This document shows, in pieces, positions 17,478-30,997 of a stretch of 64,000 nt of DNA (position 1 is its first letter; each line of letters begins with the position of its first letter). Position numbers and translations under genes: made by a program. Source of the stretch: Eledone cirrhosa (taxonomy: Eukaryota); assembly GCA_964016885.1 (NCBI GenBank), contig OZ024751.1, forward strand, positions 49,786,001 through 49,850,000. Direction: 5' to 3'. The notes under the pieces are model-generated. The model did no database searches. It was not told where the DNA came from and saw nothing but the letters and a program-made list of their open reading frames with translations.

Positions 17478-18397
17478 ATATTGATTATATGTTGGTTGCT
17501 TACCGACACCTCAGTATGCAGATTGGAACACTCAACGAAGTACGCTGGTTGGTTTGTTTACTCCGGACTAATGTAAAATAATTAAGTCAAATATGTAAAA
17601 TTTGTCTTCGTTTATTATAAACTAGCAGTGGTACCCTTCGTTGCACGGGATAAGGTATTGTGAAATATATAACCGCCTTAGCTAAGCTTAGTATTGCCAC
17701 AACCACGGCTGGCAAAGAAGTAAGCGTCTGGTGGTACGTAAGTAAGCAACACTGTGGCTTAAAACGTGAGGAAGAAGTTGTGTGCACTTACCAACTGTTT
17801 GGGGAATGAGTGTGAGATTTGTCTTGAGCAAGGGTGGCTGAATAACCGGAGGCAGCAGACAGCCAGACATACAGACAGATATTATAAGGGCGCGTTCTGG
17901 ACGCAGAGCGAATTGTAGGAAGCGACGTAATGCAGACAGCCAGACATACAGACAGATATTATAAGGGCGCGACGTTATATGTATGTACCTATCTAAAAAA
18001 TAGAAAGACTAAGAATTATAGAGAGAGATTGCTAAATCACCTAATGCGGTCCCTAGGGCATTGAAACTTTGAAATTCTTTTTGCTCAGAACACTCCCTGA
18101 AACATAAGTAATATATGTGTAAAGTTTGAAAACAGTCGGTTGGGTGCTTCTCTAGTTTTAGGGATTCAAACTCACACACACACAGACAGACATCCTCAGT
18201 TTTATATATAGAGATTATAGATATACTGCTATATATATTTCGGTGACAGCTATCATTGGCTGTGACCTCTTCAAGCAGTCCGAATTGGTGTGGGAGAGAC
18301 AGGTACACAGGTACACGCCAATTCGGACTGCCTGAAGAGGTCACAGCCAATGATGGCTGTCACCGAAATATTTTACATATTTGACTTAATTATTTTA
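17478..18397 (-). mobile_element. HHR-bearing Penelope-like 3' end with inverted arm, interrupted by a Helitron
   Basis: Matches 57088-57320; 18235-18293 inverted at 18314-18371; 18370-18397 is the reverse complement of 17575-17602. Confidence 0.75.
17622..18214 (-). mobile_element. Non-autonomous Helitron-type element (593 bp)
   Basis: Minus strand starts TC and ends with a GC hairpin (ccc-gtgcaacgaa-ggg) plus CTAG; inserted between A and T with no TSD; empty site visible in the paralog at 57221-57240. Confidence 0.85.
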
Positions 18398-18413
18398 TAT
18401 ATATATATATATA

Positions 18414-19101
<688 letters not shown>

Positions 19102-19169
19102 ATGGAAAATTTGAACAGGAACAAAACAGAGAGGCAGTACAACGAATGTTTATTAATTTCACGCTCTGT

Positions 19170-19288
19170 GAAGGCGTGTGGCTGAGTGGTTAGAGAACTA
19201 GATTCGCAATCGTGAGGTTGTGAGTTCGATTCCTGGACCGGGCGATGCGTTATGTCCTTGGGCAAGACACTTTATTTCACGTTGCTCC
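19170..19288 (+). mobile_element. tRNA-derived SINE head with CORE-like segment
   Basis: A box TGGCTGAGTGG, B box GAGTTCGATTCC, then tgtccttgggcaagacactt. Confidence 0.8.
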
Positions 19289-19388
19289 TTCTACCTGGAG
19301 TTGCGACCGATAGATAGTATTAGCAATTGGAAAGAGCAATGGAAACACTGTTTCCTCGGTACGATTTGATGAAAGTCGATCGTTAGGA

Positions 19389-19419
<31 letters not shown>

Positions 19420-19595
19420 AACCAGAAAACAAAAACAATAACGAAGAGTGCAGTATAAAGTGTTAGTTTTAGGTTCACACTTGAGAATGAGGGGGGGGGG
19501 GGGGGGGATATATATATATTTACTCTTTTACTCTTTTACCTCTTCCAGCCATCCGATTGAGGCCATCCTGGGGCACCGACCTTATATATATATAT

Positions 19596-19808
19596 ATTTA
19601 ATATAGAAATGGCTTCTACAGGACTAGACCTGTTTCATTCGGAGGAAATCATCAGTTCTAGTCCTGTAGAAGCCATTTCTGTATTAAATATTTATACTCT
19701 GCTATGTATTGAGTACCTTACTTACTGTGGTTACCTTCGATTGAACCCGGGATACATATATCTATACATCAATACTTTTTCCATTTCTTATATAGGGTTC
19801 TAAAGGAG

Positions 19809-19812
<4 letters not shown>
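19596..19812 (+). mobile_element. Small fold-back Penelope-like end; HHR core on the minus arm (19611-19655)
   Basis: agaaatggcttctacaggactaga / tctagtcctgtagaagccatttct inverted; related to the 16214 HHR family. Confidence 0.7.
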
Positions 19813-19866
<54 letters not shown>

Positions 19867-19876
<10 letters not shown>

Positions 19877-20345
19877 AAGAATCAAAGAACTGTTCAAAAC
19901 ATTATTGTGCTTACAGCTGTTTCCTCCAAACCGAGGTTTGGATTCTTCGGAGCAATTTATTAATGCATGGACAGTTATATGACCACCTTTTCAGCCGAGA
20001 GACATACCGATACATATTCAAACATTGATACATATTCAAACATTGTGGGTCAACATTCATTACAGAATTATGTCTCTCGGCTGAAAAGGAGGTCATATAA
20101 CTGTCCATGCATTAATAAATTGCTCCGAAGAATCCAAACCTCGGTTTGGAGGAAACAGCTGTAAGCACAATAATGTTTTGAACAGTTCTTTGATTCTTAT
20201 ATTTCATATAACTGCTCTGTAAATCATCTGATGTTTTTACATTGAGCTACTTAACTTACTGGTAATAAGGTAGTAATACATTACTGCCTACCACTATTTA
20301 GGGTGTGTGTAAAATACTTATAACTGCATAAGGTTTTGTATTTAC
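19867..20345 (+). mobile_element. Palindromic Penelope-like insertion; HHR variant (CCGAAGA core) in both arms (19908-19954 minus, 20121-20167 plus)
   Basis: 19867-20006 inverted at 20069-20208; tgct CCGAAGA atccaaacc-tc-ggtttggag GAAAC agct GTA agca. Confidence 0.8.
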
Positions 20346-21014
20346 ATAACCATAAATAGTATAACTAATACTATATATATATATAAATATATATATACAT
20401 ATATATATATTATGTGCGTATTATATATGTGTATATATACATATGTATTATTATATATTTGTTGTGTATCAATGTATGTTAAAGTATATATATATATAAA
20501 TGTGTGTGTGTGTGTGTGTGTGTGTTTGTGTCTGTATATGTATATATATATATGTGTGTGTGTTTGTGTGTGTGTATGTATATATGAAATGATACATAAC
20601 AACTGAGATGTCACTGCTCTAGTCTAATTAACACGGTAAACCTAGATACACACTAATTGATGCACACCAGATACACACTAATTATCTATTGTCGGCTTGC
20701 TAATTATATTTTAATTACTCTGTTCATTCAATATTTATACATACCTATAATTGTCACCACCTCCACCTTCCTCATAATACCTTGAGATAATCACGTCTCT
20801 ATGAGGGTGTATGCAGTCGCTGTTATAATTGTGACTTCTATAATCACAATATTGTGTTTGTTTACTGTTTACACCTCTCATTTGCACCAGCACTAACACC
20901 ACCTAACACACAGCTTGAACGCCGGATAAAATGTCTTCGTAGTGGAAGGTTTTGCTACATTCGTTCAAGTCTAGTGTATAAAAGAATAACAGATGTTAAC
21001 GTCATTATACAGGT

Positions 21015-21275
21015 TGACTGATGAAATGACAAGTCAGTCAATCATATTGGTGGCCTCCCCACAACCCCGACGGACAGAATGGAGAAGGCGTTTCCCCGGA
21101 GGACGACAAGGGAGACGCGCTGGAAAAGCCATTCCAGCTCGCGAAACTCACACCTGCGGCTGGCCAACTCAGCGCCTATGGTGGTGCGTAGGGAGGTAAC
21201 CCTAGGGCCGAGGACACCAGAAGTCTCCACTGCCAAGGGTACGACCGCAAACCTGTCGGAGAGCGACCGTTTGTG
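21015..21275 (-). mobile_element. C-terminal fragment of a CRE-like non-LTR retrotransposon (restriction-like endonuclease end)
   Basis: VVPLAVETSGVLGP...WLFQRVSLVVLRGNA motif; second copy in opposite orientation at 29584-29757. Confidence 0.7.
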
Positions 21276-21311
21276 CCGTTTGTGCCACTGCTCGCTGCAA
21301 TAAAATTGCAA

Positions 21312-21865
21312 AACAAAAGGTGACATTTTATCCGATGCTCAAGCCGTAAATAAGGTGCTGTTTTTTTGTGTATTAGGTGGTGATAGTATTTCACCCCGTG
21401 GACAAAATGGCACAACAGCGATGACATTTTATCCGATGCTCAAGACGTAAATAAGGTGCTGTTTTTTGTGTGTTAGATGGTGATAGTATTTCACCCCGTG
21501 GACAAAATGGCACAAAAGCGATGACATTGTATCCGATGTTCAAGCCGTAAATAAGGTGCTGTTTTTTTGTGTGTTAGGTGGTGATAGTATTTCACCCCGT
21601 GGACAAAATGGCACAAAAGCGATGACATTTTATCCGATGTTCAAGCCGTAAATAAGGTGCTGTTTTTTTGTGTGTTAGGTGGTGATAGTATTCCACCCCG
21701 TGGACAAAATGGCACAAACGGTCGCTCTCCGACAGGTTTGCGCCATTTTGTCCAAGGGGTGAAATACTATCACCACCTAACTCACGAAAAACAACACCTT
21801 ATTTACGGCTTGAGCATCGGATAAATTGTCACCTTTTGTTTTGCAATTTTACTACAGCAAGCAGC
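21312..21865. repeat. Four tandem 100-101-bp units followed by one inverted unit
   Basis: tgacatt(t/g)tatccgatg at 21321, 21422, 21522, 21623; inverted copy about 21742-21865. Confidence 0.9.
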
Positions 21866-22216
21866 CGCAACACCGCTCTAACCTACATGTAGAGTCTGTC
21901 AATCTCACCACTTCTCCCTTTATTTATTCCTTTGTCTAGTAGTCCTTTCTCTTCCCCTTCTTTTCTTCTAATTTATGGCATTTATAGTTCTTTCCAATAC
22001 TGTTTTTTATTCTCTATGTTTAGCCAATTCATAATTATATCAACAATAAATATTATATATAATTACTCTGAAACTGGTATACTTCCTACAATCCATTCCA
22101 TAGTTACGATATAATTACAATATCCTCCGACGATCACCGAATATATATATATAACAATATATCAAATATGACCTTATCTAGCACTCCACCAATATATCAT
22201 TCATTGCCCTCAATAG

Positions 22217-22289
<73 letters not shown>

Positions 22290-22293
<4 letters not shown>

Positions 22294-24274
22294 AAGATGA
22301 ATATAAAATGAAAGTGCTTTTATAAAGGAATTTATTAGGTATTGACATATGTTTCTGTAACAGACCGGAATACTTATGTCTCGCTGCTTGCGTAATCATA
22401 TAATGTTAGCAAGTATTCGATAGCAAATGTATAATCAGTTGTCACTTCTTCAGAGATATTGGATAAATTTGAAAAAATCAGAAAAATTGAAGTATTTATA
22501 TTAGTTGTAAGAAAGGAAGAAGAGATGGGATAGTATATGACAGATGGCAATTCAATTTGCTGGTAAACAAATATATAGAAGGTTTTTAATGAGAATACAA
22601 TGAGTATATGGCTTATTTTATCTAAATAAGAATTTTTGGGAGTGCCTATTTTAATCTATATTTGACCAATTGAACAATGGACAGGGCTGGTCGTTTGGTG
22701 TAGTAGTTTTAATACAGATATAAAGTGTCAAGTAAGGAAGAGAGAGATTTTCACTGCTACTGTATAACAACAATGCTGGTAGCCTGCTGGTATATGCATT
22801 GGGGAATTGAATTAAGAAATCTCATTTTATCTATAGCAGTTTATATTAAATGGTAAAGAATAGAAGAGTTGATAGAATTAAGACTAATAGAGAATGTTAA
22901 TATGTATTTTGACAATCAAACGGAGATGGAGACAGGCGTTCAATCCTGGTAGCGTTTGTAATATGAAAATGTAGATTTCAAGCGATGGTTACAGTATAAC
23001 GATCGCTCTATTCTGTTATTTAATAAAATATTTTTGGATTTCATAATACAAAATAATTCAATATTACACAATTTACAAAATTCGTATCCTTGGTTATGCA
23101 GGGGCAGTGCTATTATATCCCATTTTAGGTTAAATTGTTGGTTATTTTCGCGCAGTTGCCAAGCCTTGTCTGCGAGTGTTGTTACATAACGCTAGTTTTC
23201 ATGTTTTATCGAGTAACGAGTCTATAAAGGCGAGATTTGAAGGAGGTAGCTGTAGACTCCACATAGTACCACTTCTGGCTACCCGATTCGATAGTACATT
23301 TGTATATGATGTTGCGTTCAAGACACTGATTGTTCAACGGACACATTCCTGGTTGGACACAGTTACAGTTATAATTATGCGTTGTTGTATTACCATGGAT
23401 GGGTTGATGAGGTTGCTTAGGCAGGACGGGATGTTGTTTGTTGTTTTGTGATGTTATAGCCGATGTTTTACGTGTATTGTTATGTGTTGGAAGGCGTTTA
23501 TACAACCGTTTTGCGTTAAGCTTTTTTATATGTTGTATTAAGCTTTTTTTATATGTTGTAGGGGCGGTTGAATATGAAAGTCGAATAGTGTTAGGGTTTA
23601 AGATTTTATTATATTTATGTGATGTTGGAAAATGTTTTTTAACTAATCGAAAGAATTGTGAGGGTAGATTGGTTTTAATCGAGTTGTTATAGACCGGGTT
23701 GTACCATATATACTCTTTACATCGCCTTCCGTTTTGTGGTGTGCGACTATTAGTGTGTGTATTGCGGTAGTGTATGTATGGTGGTGATTCTATGCTATTT
23801 CTACCTCTATGAGATTTATTTTAAGTGTTTTGGTGATCGTCGACTATATACTCTATATTATCTAGGTGTCCAGCCTTCCTAAGTGCACCATCATAATATT
23901 CGGCATGTTCTTTGAAGGTTTGCTGGTTGGACGACAGGCGGGAGATTCTTAGGGAAATATTTCTAGGGATGGATTTAATTATAGAGGGTGGATGGTTAGA
24001 ACCCGTATTTACATATTTAAGGTTCTCATTTAGTTTATGGAACGGTTTAATCGTTTCTGTATTGAGATTCAAAGTAACATCAAGGAAATTAACCTCTTTG
24101 AGGTTATATTCAAACGTAATATTTAATCCTAGTTCCTTAAAAAGCACTTTCATTTTATATTCATCTTTTCTACATTTTCTCCGGAATATAATTTATACTC
24201 GTTGAGCAAACCTACACGTATGCTGTTCATCTCTAACGTGACGATATATTATCACTACATTATTGATAACTTGA

Positions 24275-24280
<6 letters not shown>
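22290..24280 (-). mobile_element. Penelope-like element: RT thumb + linker + GIY-YIG endonuclease pseudogene (about 22970-24145) with 3' UTR, HHR-like motif (22339-22458) and inverted tail
   Basis: VNFLDVTLNL, SNHPPSIIKSIP, IWYNP, CNC..CPLNNQC..IIYKC..YYV, CKLC motifs; stops and frameshifts present. Confidence 0.92.
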
Positions 24281-24351
<71 letters not shown>

Positions 24352-24430
24352 GACCTGTTATTTTTATTTAAAGATATTTTTTACAATTCCACCCAGCCCG
24401 TCCCTTCAATCTATCTTATTTCTCATGTTT

Positions 24431-24466
24431 TCTTCTGATAAGTGACTAACATCCGAAACGTTAAGA
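24431..24466 (+). ncRNA. Degenerate minimal hammerhead (core G8>A)
   Basis: tctt CTGATAA gtgactaacatcc GAAAC GTT aaga; related truncated copy near 30650 has GAGAC. Confidence 0.55.
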
Positions 24467-24546
24467 CCTTCTTCCTGCTATTTCAGGCGTTAACCTAACA
24501 TATTCCTTCCATATACTGTACCGATTGTGTTGTTATTTCTCTTTAC

Positions 24547-24605
<59 letters not shown>

Positions 24606-24614
<9 letters not shown>

Positions 24615-25035
24615 TAAAAGGAAAAGAAAATGCTGACAAATTTTTCCCAGTGAAAAATAGTTTAATTAGGAATAAGTAAAAATTAGTAATAAGTATTGGT
24701 TAGTATTCAGTTTTAGTGTTAAGTTTCTACCGGTTGCGCATTTCTAATGCTTTTCAAAAATAATTTTGAGATAGAGCGCCCGTGATGTTTGCTCTAATCT
24801 GAGACTAGAGCAAACATCACGGGCGCTCTATCTCAATATTATTTTTGAAAAGCATTAGAAATGCGCAACCGGTAGAAACTTAACACTAAAACTGAATACT
24901 AACCAATACTTATTACTAATTTTTACTTATTCCTAATTAAACTATTTTTCACAGGGAAAAATTTGTCAGCATTTTCTTTTCCTTTTACTAATATATATCA
25001 CAACTCGTGTGTTACACCTCTATTCTTTTAAATAT
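24606..25035 (+). mobile_element. Near-perfect palindrome with 190-bp arms in (TA)n, with short tail
   Basis: 24606-24796 inverted at 24807-24997; single-arm relative at 60475-60672. Confidence 0.85.
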
Positions 25036-25039
25036 ATAT

Positions 25040-25548
25040 ATAAAAATGGAAAAGAATGAAACGAAATTTCATTTCTCACTCTTAGTACGGCTGGTACTTA
25101 AATGTAAGTATGTATGTGTACGTACATACATATATGTATACAGACGTACAGTAGTATGTATATATATATACATACATGCACACATATATATATGTACGTA
25201 TGGGTTTACCGAACATTTATTATAATGCTCGGTTTGTTTGTAAACAAACAGCCCGAATTACGCCGTACAGTGTTCAGGCAACCATCGTCACCTTTTTGTT
25301 CAACACTGACACAGGAACGATGTACTAGTTTCAAGCTTATTAGCTATCGTCAGCATCGTATACCTTTCTGTCAGATGGTTGAACGTCTGAAAGTATATAC
25401 TTTCCTTATGCATATTAACGGCTGAGCATTATAATAAATGTTCGGTAAACCCATACGTACATATATATATGTGTGCATGTATGTATATATATATATACTA
25501 CTGTACGTCTGTATACATATATGTATGTACGTATACATACATACTTAC

Positions 25549-25553
<5 letters not shown>
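25040..25553 (-). mobile_element. Penelope-like insertion with inverted arms (25099-25232 / 25422-25553)
   Basis: Arms are reverse complements; HHR in the spacer. Confidence 0.8.
25317..25359 (-). ncRNA. Minimal type I hammerhead ribozyme
   Basis: acgatg CTGACGA t-agct-aata-agct-t GAAAC ta GTA catcgt; 6-bp stem I, palindromic stem III. Confidence 0.85.
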
Positions 25554-25620
<67 letters not shown>

Positions 25621-25833
25621 TACAAAAGAGATAAGATGGAGTTACAGAACAAGACCAGAAAGAAGAGGGTGCACAAAAGAGAAGAAATATTCATTGAGGA
25701 AGTCACAGAATCAGAGAATGTGTGACGAAAGAACTTTGAAGAACAAATAACTAATAATAATTTTTTTTTTTAAATCATTTACTATGGTTATTTTATATTT
25801 CATCATTTATTTTTGTTATTTTTCTGTTGTCAG

Positions 25834-26013
25834 GTGAACCTGGATATAATGTAACATGGAATGGCCTTGGTAAACGTGACCGAAAAGAAAATATTATGGA
25901 CGGCAGTCTAGGAATTCATGGTCCAGTGGGACCTCCGGGTCCACCTGGACCACAGGGGTTACCTGGTTTAAAGGGAGACAAGGGTGCATTGGGTATCACA
26001 CCAAAATGTAAAT
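25834..26013 (+). CDS. Internal exon of an interrupted collagen (Gly-X-Y; multiplexin- or type IV-like)
   Basis: Polypyrimidine tract + CAG acceptor, GTAAGT donor, 180 bp, phase 1-1; GEPGYN..GSLGIHGPVGPPGPPGPQGLPGLKGDKGALG..KCK. Confidence 0.88.
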
Positions 26014-26898
26014 GTAAGTAAGCTATTAAATATATTTATGAAAATTTGTTTGTTTCTTTTAGAAATGAATGTTTAAGTTGATGGAATGAAACACTTGAAG
26101 GATTCCTTCCCACTCATATTACCTCACACTCACACTGATAACCTGTTGAATACAACAGACAGTCCTAAGTTCCCTCCACACGACATGCACCTCTAATTTT
26201 CTCATCATAATTCAGCATGCTATCATCCGAATCAATAACCACATCTTTCTAATCTCTTAACATCTTTAATAAGTGCGTGACCGCGGTTATGTTTGATATT
26301 GCATCTTTCTGCATCTATTATCATTCTCCTCAATACAGTCAACATATGCAATGCTATACTAGATTTTGTGTGGATACAACATAACTTTTTACTTATAACA
26401 AAAACAACTATCTACCGCTGGAGCTGTTTGTGGCTAGCGTCGACCTAGTTGCATGGCGGACATGATGGAGGAAAATGGACGCGAAAAGCTTGCGTTTTTC
26501 GTCATCAGAGAACCCCTCATCGAACTTTTCAAGCACTACATAATTGGGTTATTTAAGGGTGAAGTTTGTATTCCCCTAAAATTTTACTGAATGCGGAATA
26601 TTGTGGCGTGCTTGAATAAGCCCACATTGAACATGTAGCTATCAAGTGGATATCTTTACTGACTGAGGCAAATCCTAGGTCTGTGGTAAATGTCTGATTG
26701 TATTGTGTGTTATGTGAGTTTAGTATATGTTTCAGTAACAGATTGTTATTATGTAGAATATGTAATCTGTGGGTTATTTTATTTGGTTAGGTGATGGCGA
26801 TTGAATAAACTATATACTATGCTGGTTACATTTTCTTTTTCTGTAGTGGTGTTTGTGTTTCCTGCGTGTTTCAGTCAGTTGCATTATTTTTTATAAGG

Positions 26899-26978
26899 AC
26901 TTACGGGGTCGATAAAATAAAGCACCAGTAATGAACTGGGATAATTGCTGGCCTTGTGCCAAAAGTAGAAACAATTAT
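26899..26978 (+). mobile_element. SINE 3' fragment (same family as 34310)
   Basis: cttacggggtcgataaaataaagcaccagt..gctggccttgtgccaaaagtagaaacaattatt. Confidence 0.75.
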
Positions 26979-27552
26979 TTGTTATAATGACTATTTATGA
27001 TGTTTTAAGAATATATACTGTGTTAGGTGTGTTATTCAGTTAGGTAAAGCTTCCTACTTGTTATGCAATGTGTACGTTGTATTATGTATTTTGAAGTATA
27101 GAATAACTGTCATCTTCATACCACTAATTGGTTGTTTTGCCACGAGAGTTAATATGTGGTTCAGAAAGTTGAGTGTCTTTTCTGCTTTCCTTATGCAATA
27201 TGGACCTGGTGTGTTAGTTTGTAAGTGGGTTAATGTGTTACGTTTATTTGAATTCATGGATAGCTTTAGTTTATTCTAGATACATTTATATTGAAGTTTA
27301 GGCAATCGAAAGTTTTAATTACATATATGTATGTCATATATTGATACCATGTGGACTAAGTTCCCTGTTGACAGGCCTCGGGTACTAAGGTCCCCTTGTG
27401 GCACCGACTGTTATTGCTTTTAAGTGCATTCGTGGATAACTTTAGATTGAGGTAGATATGTTTATGTCAAGTTTAGGCGATTGAAGGTCTTAATTGCACA
27501 CACACACACACATGTATATTTACATATATATATATATATGTGTGTGTTTGTG

Positions 27553-27607
<55 letters not shown>

Positions 27608-28195
27608 CATACATATGTGGCTGTGTTTGTGTATGTATGTTTGTGAATAAGTTTGTATGTATGTATGTTCGTGTGCGAATCTGGAGACAGGCAAAGAGAG
27701 GAATATAAAGGAAATAAGAGAGAGGAGACAGAGACATTTAGAGAGAGTAAGAGAGAGAGGGGGTGAGAGAGAGAGAGAGACAGAGGGAGAATACGAATTT
27801 GGGGTTTGTACTTTTATGAGACTGTTTATATGTTTATGTTTAATTTATTACTCTTTTGACACATAACCATATATGGAAGTATGTGGACGTATGTTGAAGT
27901 GTGGGTGGCAACTGTGTGTTTGTGCGTGTATGTGTATGTGTGTGTTTGTAGCGCATATTTCTGTGAAGGTGTGTGTGAACGTATATTGAAACATGTGCGT
28001 GTCTGTGTGTGTGTGCGAGTGTGTGTCTGTGTGTGTATGTGTGTGTGTGTTTGTGTGTGAAGGTGTGTGTGAACGTATATTGAAACATGTGCGTGTCTGT
28101 GTGTCTGTGCGAGTGTGTGTCTGTGTGTGTATGTGTGTGTGTGTGTGTTTGTGCGTGTATGTGTATGAAGGTGTGTGTGAACGTATATTGAAATA

Positions 28196-28226
<31 letters not shown>

Positions 28227-28516
28227 GTATGTGAAAGAGTGCAATAAGTAATGTTACTAAGGTTGATATGTTAGGTATTGTATAGGTTTAGATATTTACA
28301 CAGACGCAAGCACTTCCACACACGCACACACATCAATGTGTGTAAGGGTGCGTATGTATGGATATATCTATTAATGTATTTGTTTGGGTGTCGATATGTC
28401 TATGTAAATATATGTACATATATATATATATAAATATATATGTATGTATATATATATATGTATATATGTATATATGTATATATATATATATATGTATTTA
28501 TATATATATATGTATG

Positions 28517-28547
<31 letters not shown>

Positions 28548-29583
28548 GCGAGTGTGTGTGCCTGTATGTATGTCTGTGTGTGTGTGCCTGTGTGTATGTC
28601 TGTGTGTGTGTGCCTGTGCATGTGTGCCTGCGTGTATGTGTGAATATACATATACATATACATATACAGGAGTCAATTTCCCTACCCTAGCAGTAAACAT
28701 TGATTAAACTTCAAAACATATTGAAGCTGTTGCAAGTTGCTGTTACTACTCAGATATGTAATGACCCATATTAAACTACATCAAACTGCGGTCATATCTT
28801 TGACGTATATTGCCCACATCTGATGGTGAGGCTGCACTCAGCTAATAAAAATGTCTTTGCAAGCTTACTATGTGGTTATCTAACGCCTGTGTGAATTGGT
28901 TGCTGTAGTGATTTGAAAGTGTGTAATGGGATGGCAATATATCAGGTTTCTAGTCTTAGCACGTTTATTTTTTTGGCATATTCTTTGTGTGTATTGGCTA
29001 GTGTAGGGGATTTGAATGTGTGTAAAGGGTTCTTAGTTTATATGTGAGTTCTCATCTATTTGCTCTCGTCTTGTCCTATTTTCTTGGTTGGCGTAGTGAT
29101 ATTTATGAGTGTATTGGGTTCTGAGTTAATATATGAGCTTTCTCATGTTTGCTCGCATCTTGTCCTATTTTCTTGGTTGGTGTGGTGATATATATGTGTC
29201 TATTGGTAGGTGTAGTGATATTTACGAGTGTATTGGGTTCTGAGTTAATATATGAACTATCTTCTGTTTGATCGCGTCTTGGCCTATTTTCTATGCGTAT
29301 TTGTTGGTGTACTGATATATAGTGTGATTATGTGTGTTGTAGTGTTGTGATGTGTAGTGTTGAGTGCTGTAGTGTTGAGGTATGTGATGGTTTGCGTTGT
29401 AGTGTGGAGGTATGTGAAGGTTTGCGTTGTAGTGTGGTGGTGTGTGGTGATTTGTGTTGTAGTGTGGTGGTGTGTGGTGTTGTCTTTTGATGTGTACTGT
29501 AGTGTTGTGATGTGTGGCATTGTGTGTTGTAGTGTGGTGGTATGTGGTCGTTTGTGTTGTAGTGTGATGGCGTGTAGTTTTTC

Positions 29584-29757
29584 ACCACCATAGGCGCTGA
29601 GCTGGCCAGCCGCAGGTGTGAGTCTCGCGAGTTGGAATGGCTTTTCCAACGCGTCTCCCTTGTCGTCCTCCGGGGAAACGCCTTCTCCATTCTGTCCGCC
29701 GGGGCTGTGGGGAGGCCACCAATATGATTGACTGACTTGTCATTTTATCAGTCAACT
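29584..29757 (+). mobile_element. Second CRE-like 3' fragment
   Basis: Reverse complement of 21013-21186 with few mismatches. Confidence 0.7.
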
Positions 29758-30225
29758 GTTGCTGTGGTTAACAAATTAAGGTATCTTCCCACCTTGATTG
29801 CATAGTGGAATGGTGTAGTGTGTGACGTGTGCTGTTGTGTAATGATGCTTAGTGTATAGTAGTGTTGTATGGTATGGCGATATGTGGGGTTGGATGATGC
29901 TGCATAATTTAGTTTAATGTAGTGTGGGGTAGTGTAGTTAGTATATTAATTCATATTTCACGTATGTTTGACATTCACCCTCTTTACTAACATTTCATGT
30001 ATGTTTAACACTGGTTATGTTAATTAATAGTTCAAGTTACTAATGCTTAATTAATCTCTAACCCACTCACACACACTCTCTCTCACCCTTTCTCTTCCTC
30101 ACTCATTCTCTTTCTCTCACTCTCTTACTCACTCTATATATCGCTCTTTCTCTCCCTTTCTCCTTCACTCTATTACTGTCTCTCATTCAATTCACATCTC
30201 ACCCTCTCTTTTACACACTATCACA

Positions 30226-30309
<84 letters not shown>

Positions 30310-30477
30310 CTCCCTCTCTCTTCATTTAACAATCTACCTCTCTACCTCTCTACCTCACTATATGTCTATCTATCTACCTATTTACCTGCCTAGTATATCT
30401 ACTTGTCTATCTAAATTTCACTCAGTCTGCCTACTAACACTGTACTAATATATCTATGCATGTCATAATATTCTCAG

Positions 30478-30549
30478 GTCAAAAAGGAGACCGAGGTGAC
30501 AAAGGGACAAGAGGTCTTATTGGTTTTACTGGATACAAAGGAGATAAAG
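30478..30549 (+). CDS. Internal collagen exon (72 bp)
   Basis: TACTAAC-like branch site near 30432, CAG acceptor, GTAAAG donor, phase 1-1; xQKGDRGDKGTRGLIGFTGYKGDKG; not in the ORF track in this frame. Confidence 0.88.
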
Positions 30550-30607
30550 GTAAAGATGTCTGAAATATTCTACTGTCTAAATTCCACCATATATGTATAT
30601 GTATATT

Positions 30608-30638
<31 letters not shown>

Positions 30639-30772
30639 TACCGTATTAGCGTCCGAGACGTTAAGACCCTCTTCTTGCTATTTCAAGCGTTAAACTAATA
30701 TATTTCTTGCATATACTGTGTTGTTTGTTTTGTTATTTCTGTTTACCTTTTCACTCTATCTCTCTCTCTTTC

Positions 30773-30880
<108 letters not shown>

Positions 30881-30888
30881 TGTGTGTG

Positions 30889-30997
<109 letters not shown>

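Noticed and set aside
21015-21041. CTGATGA inside a hairpin
   Set aside because: No correctly placed GAAA..UH or stem I
24606-24997. MITE / DNA transposon interpretation of the palindromes
   Set aside because: Arms are asymmetric with one-sided tails, single-arm colinear paralogs exist, and several carry PLE ORF or HHR sequence
26475-26515. Minus-strand CTGATGA cgaaaa motif
   Set aside because: No stem III, cleavage triplet or stem I
30496-30693. 65-aa ORF MTKGQEVLL...
   Set aside because: Wrong frame across the 72-bp collagen exon, then intron
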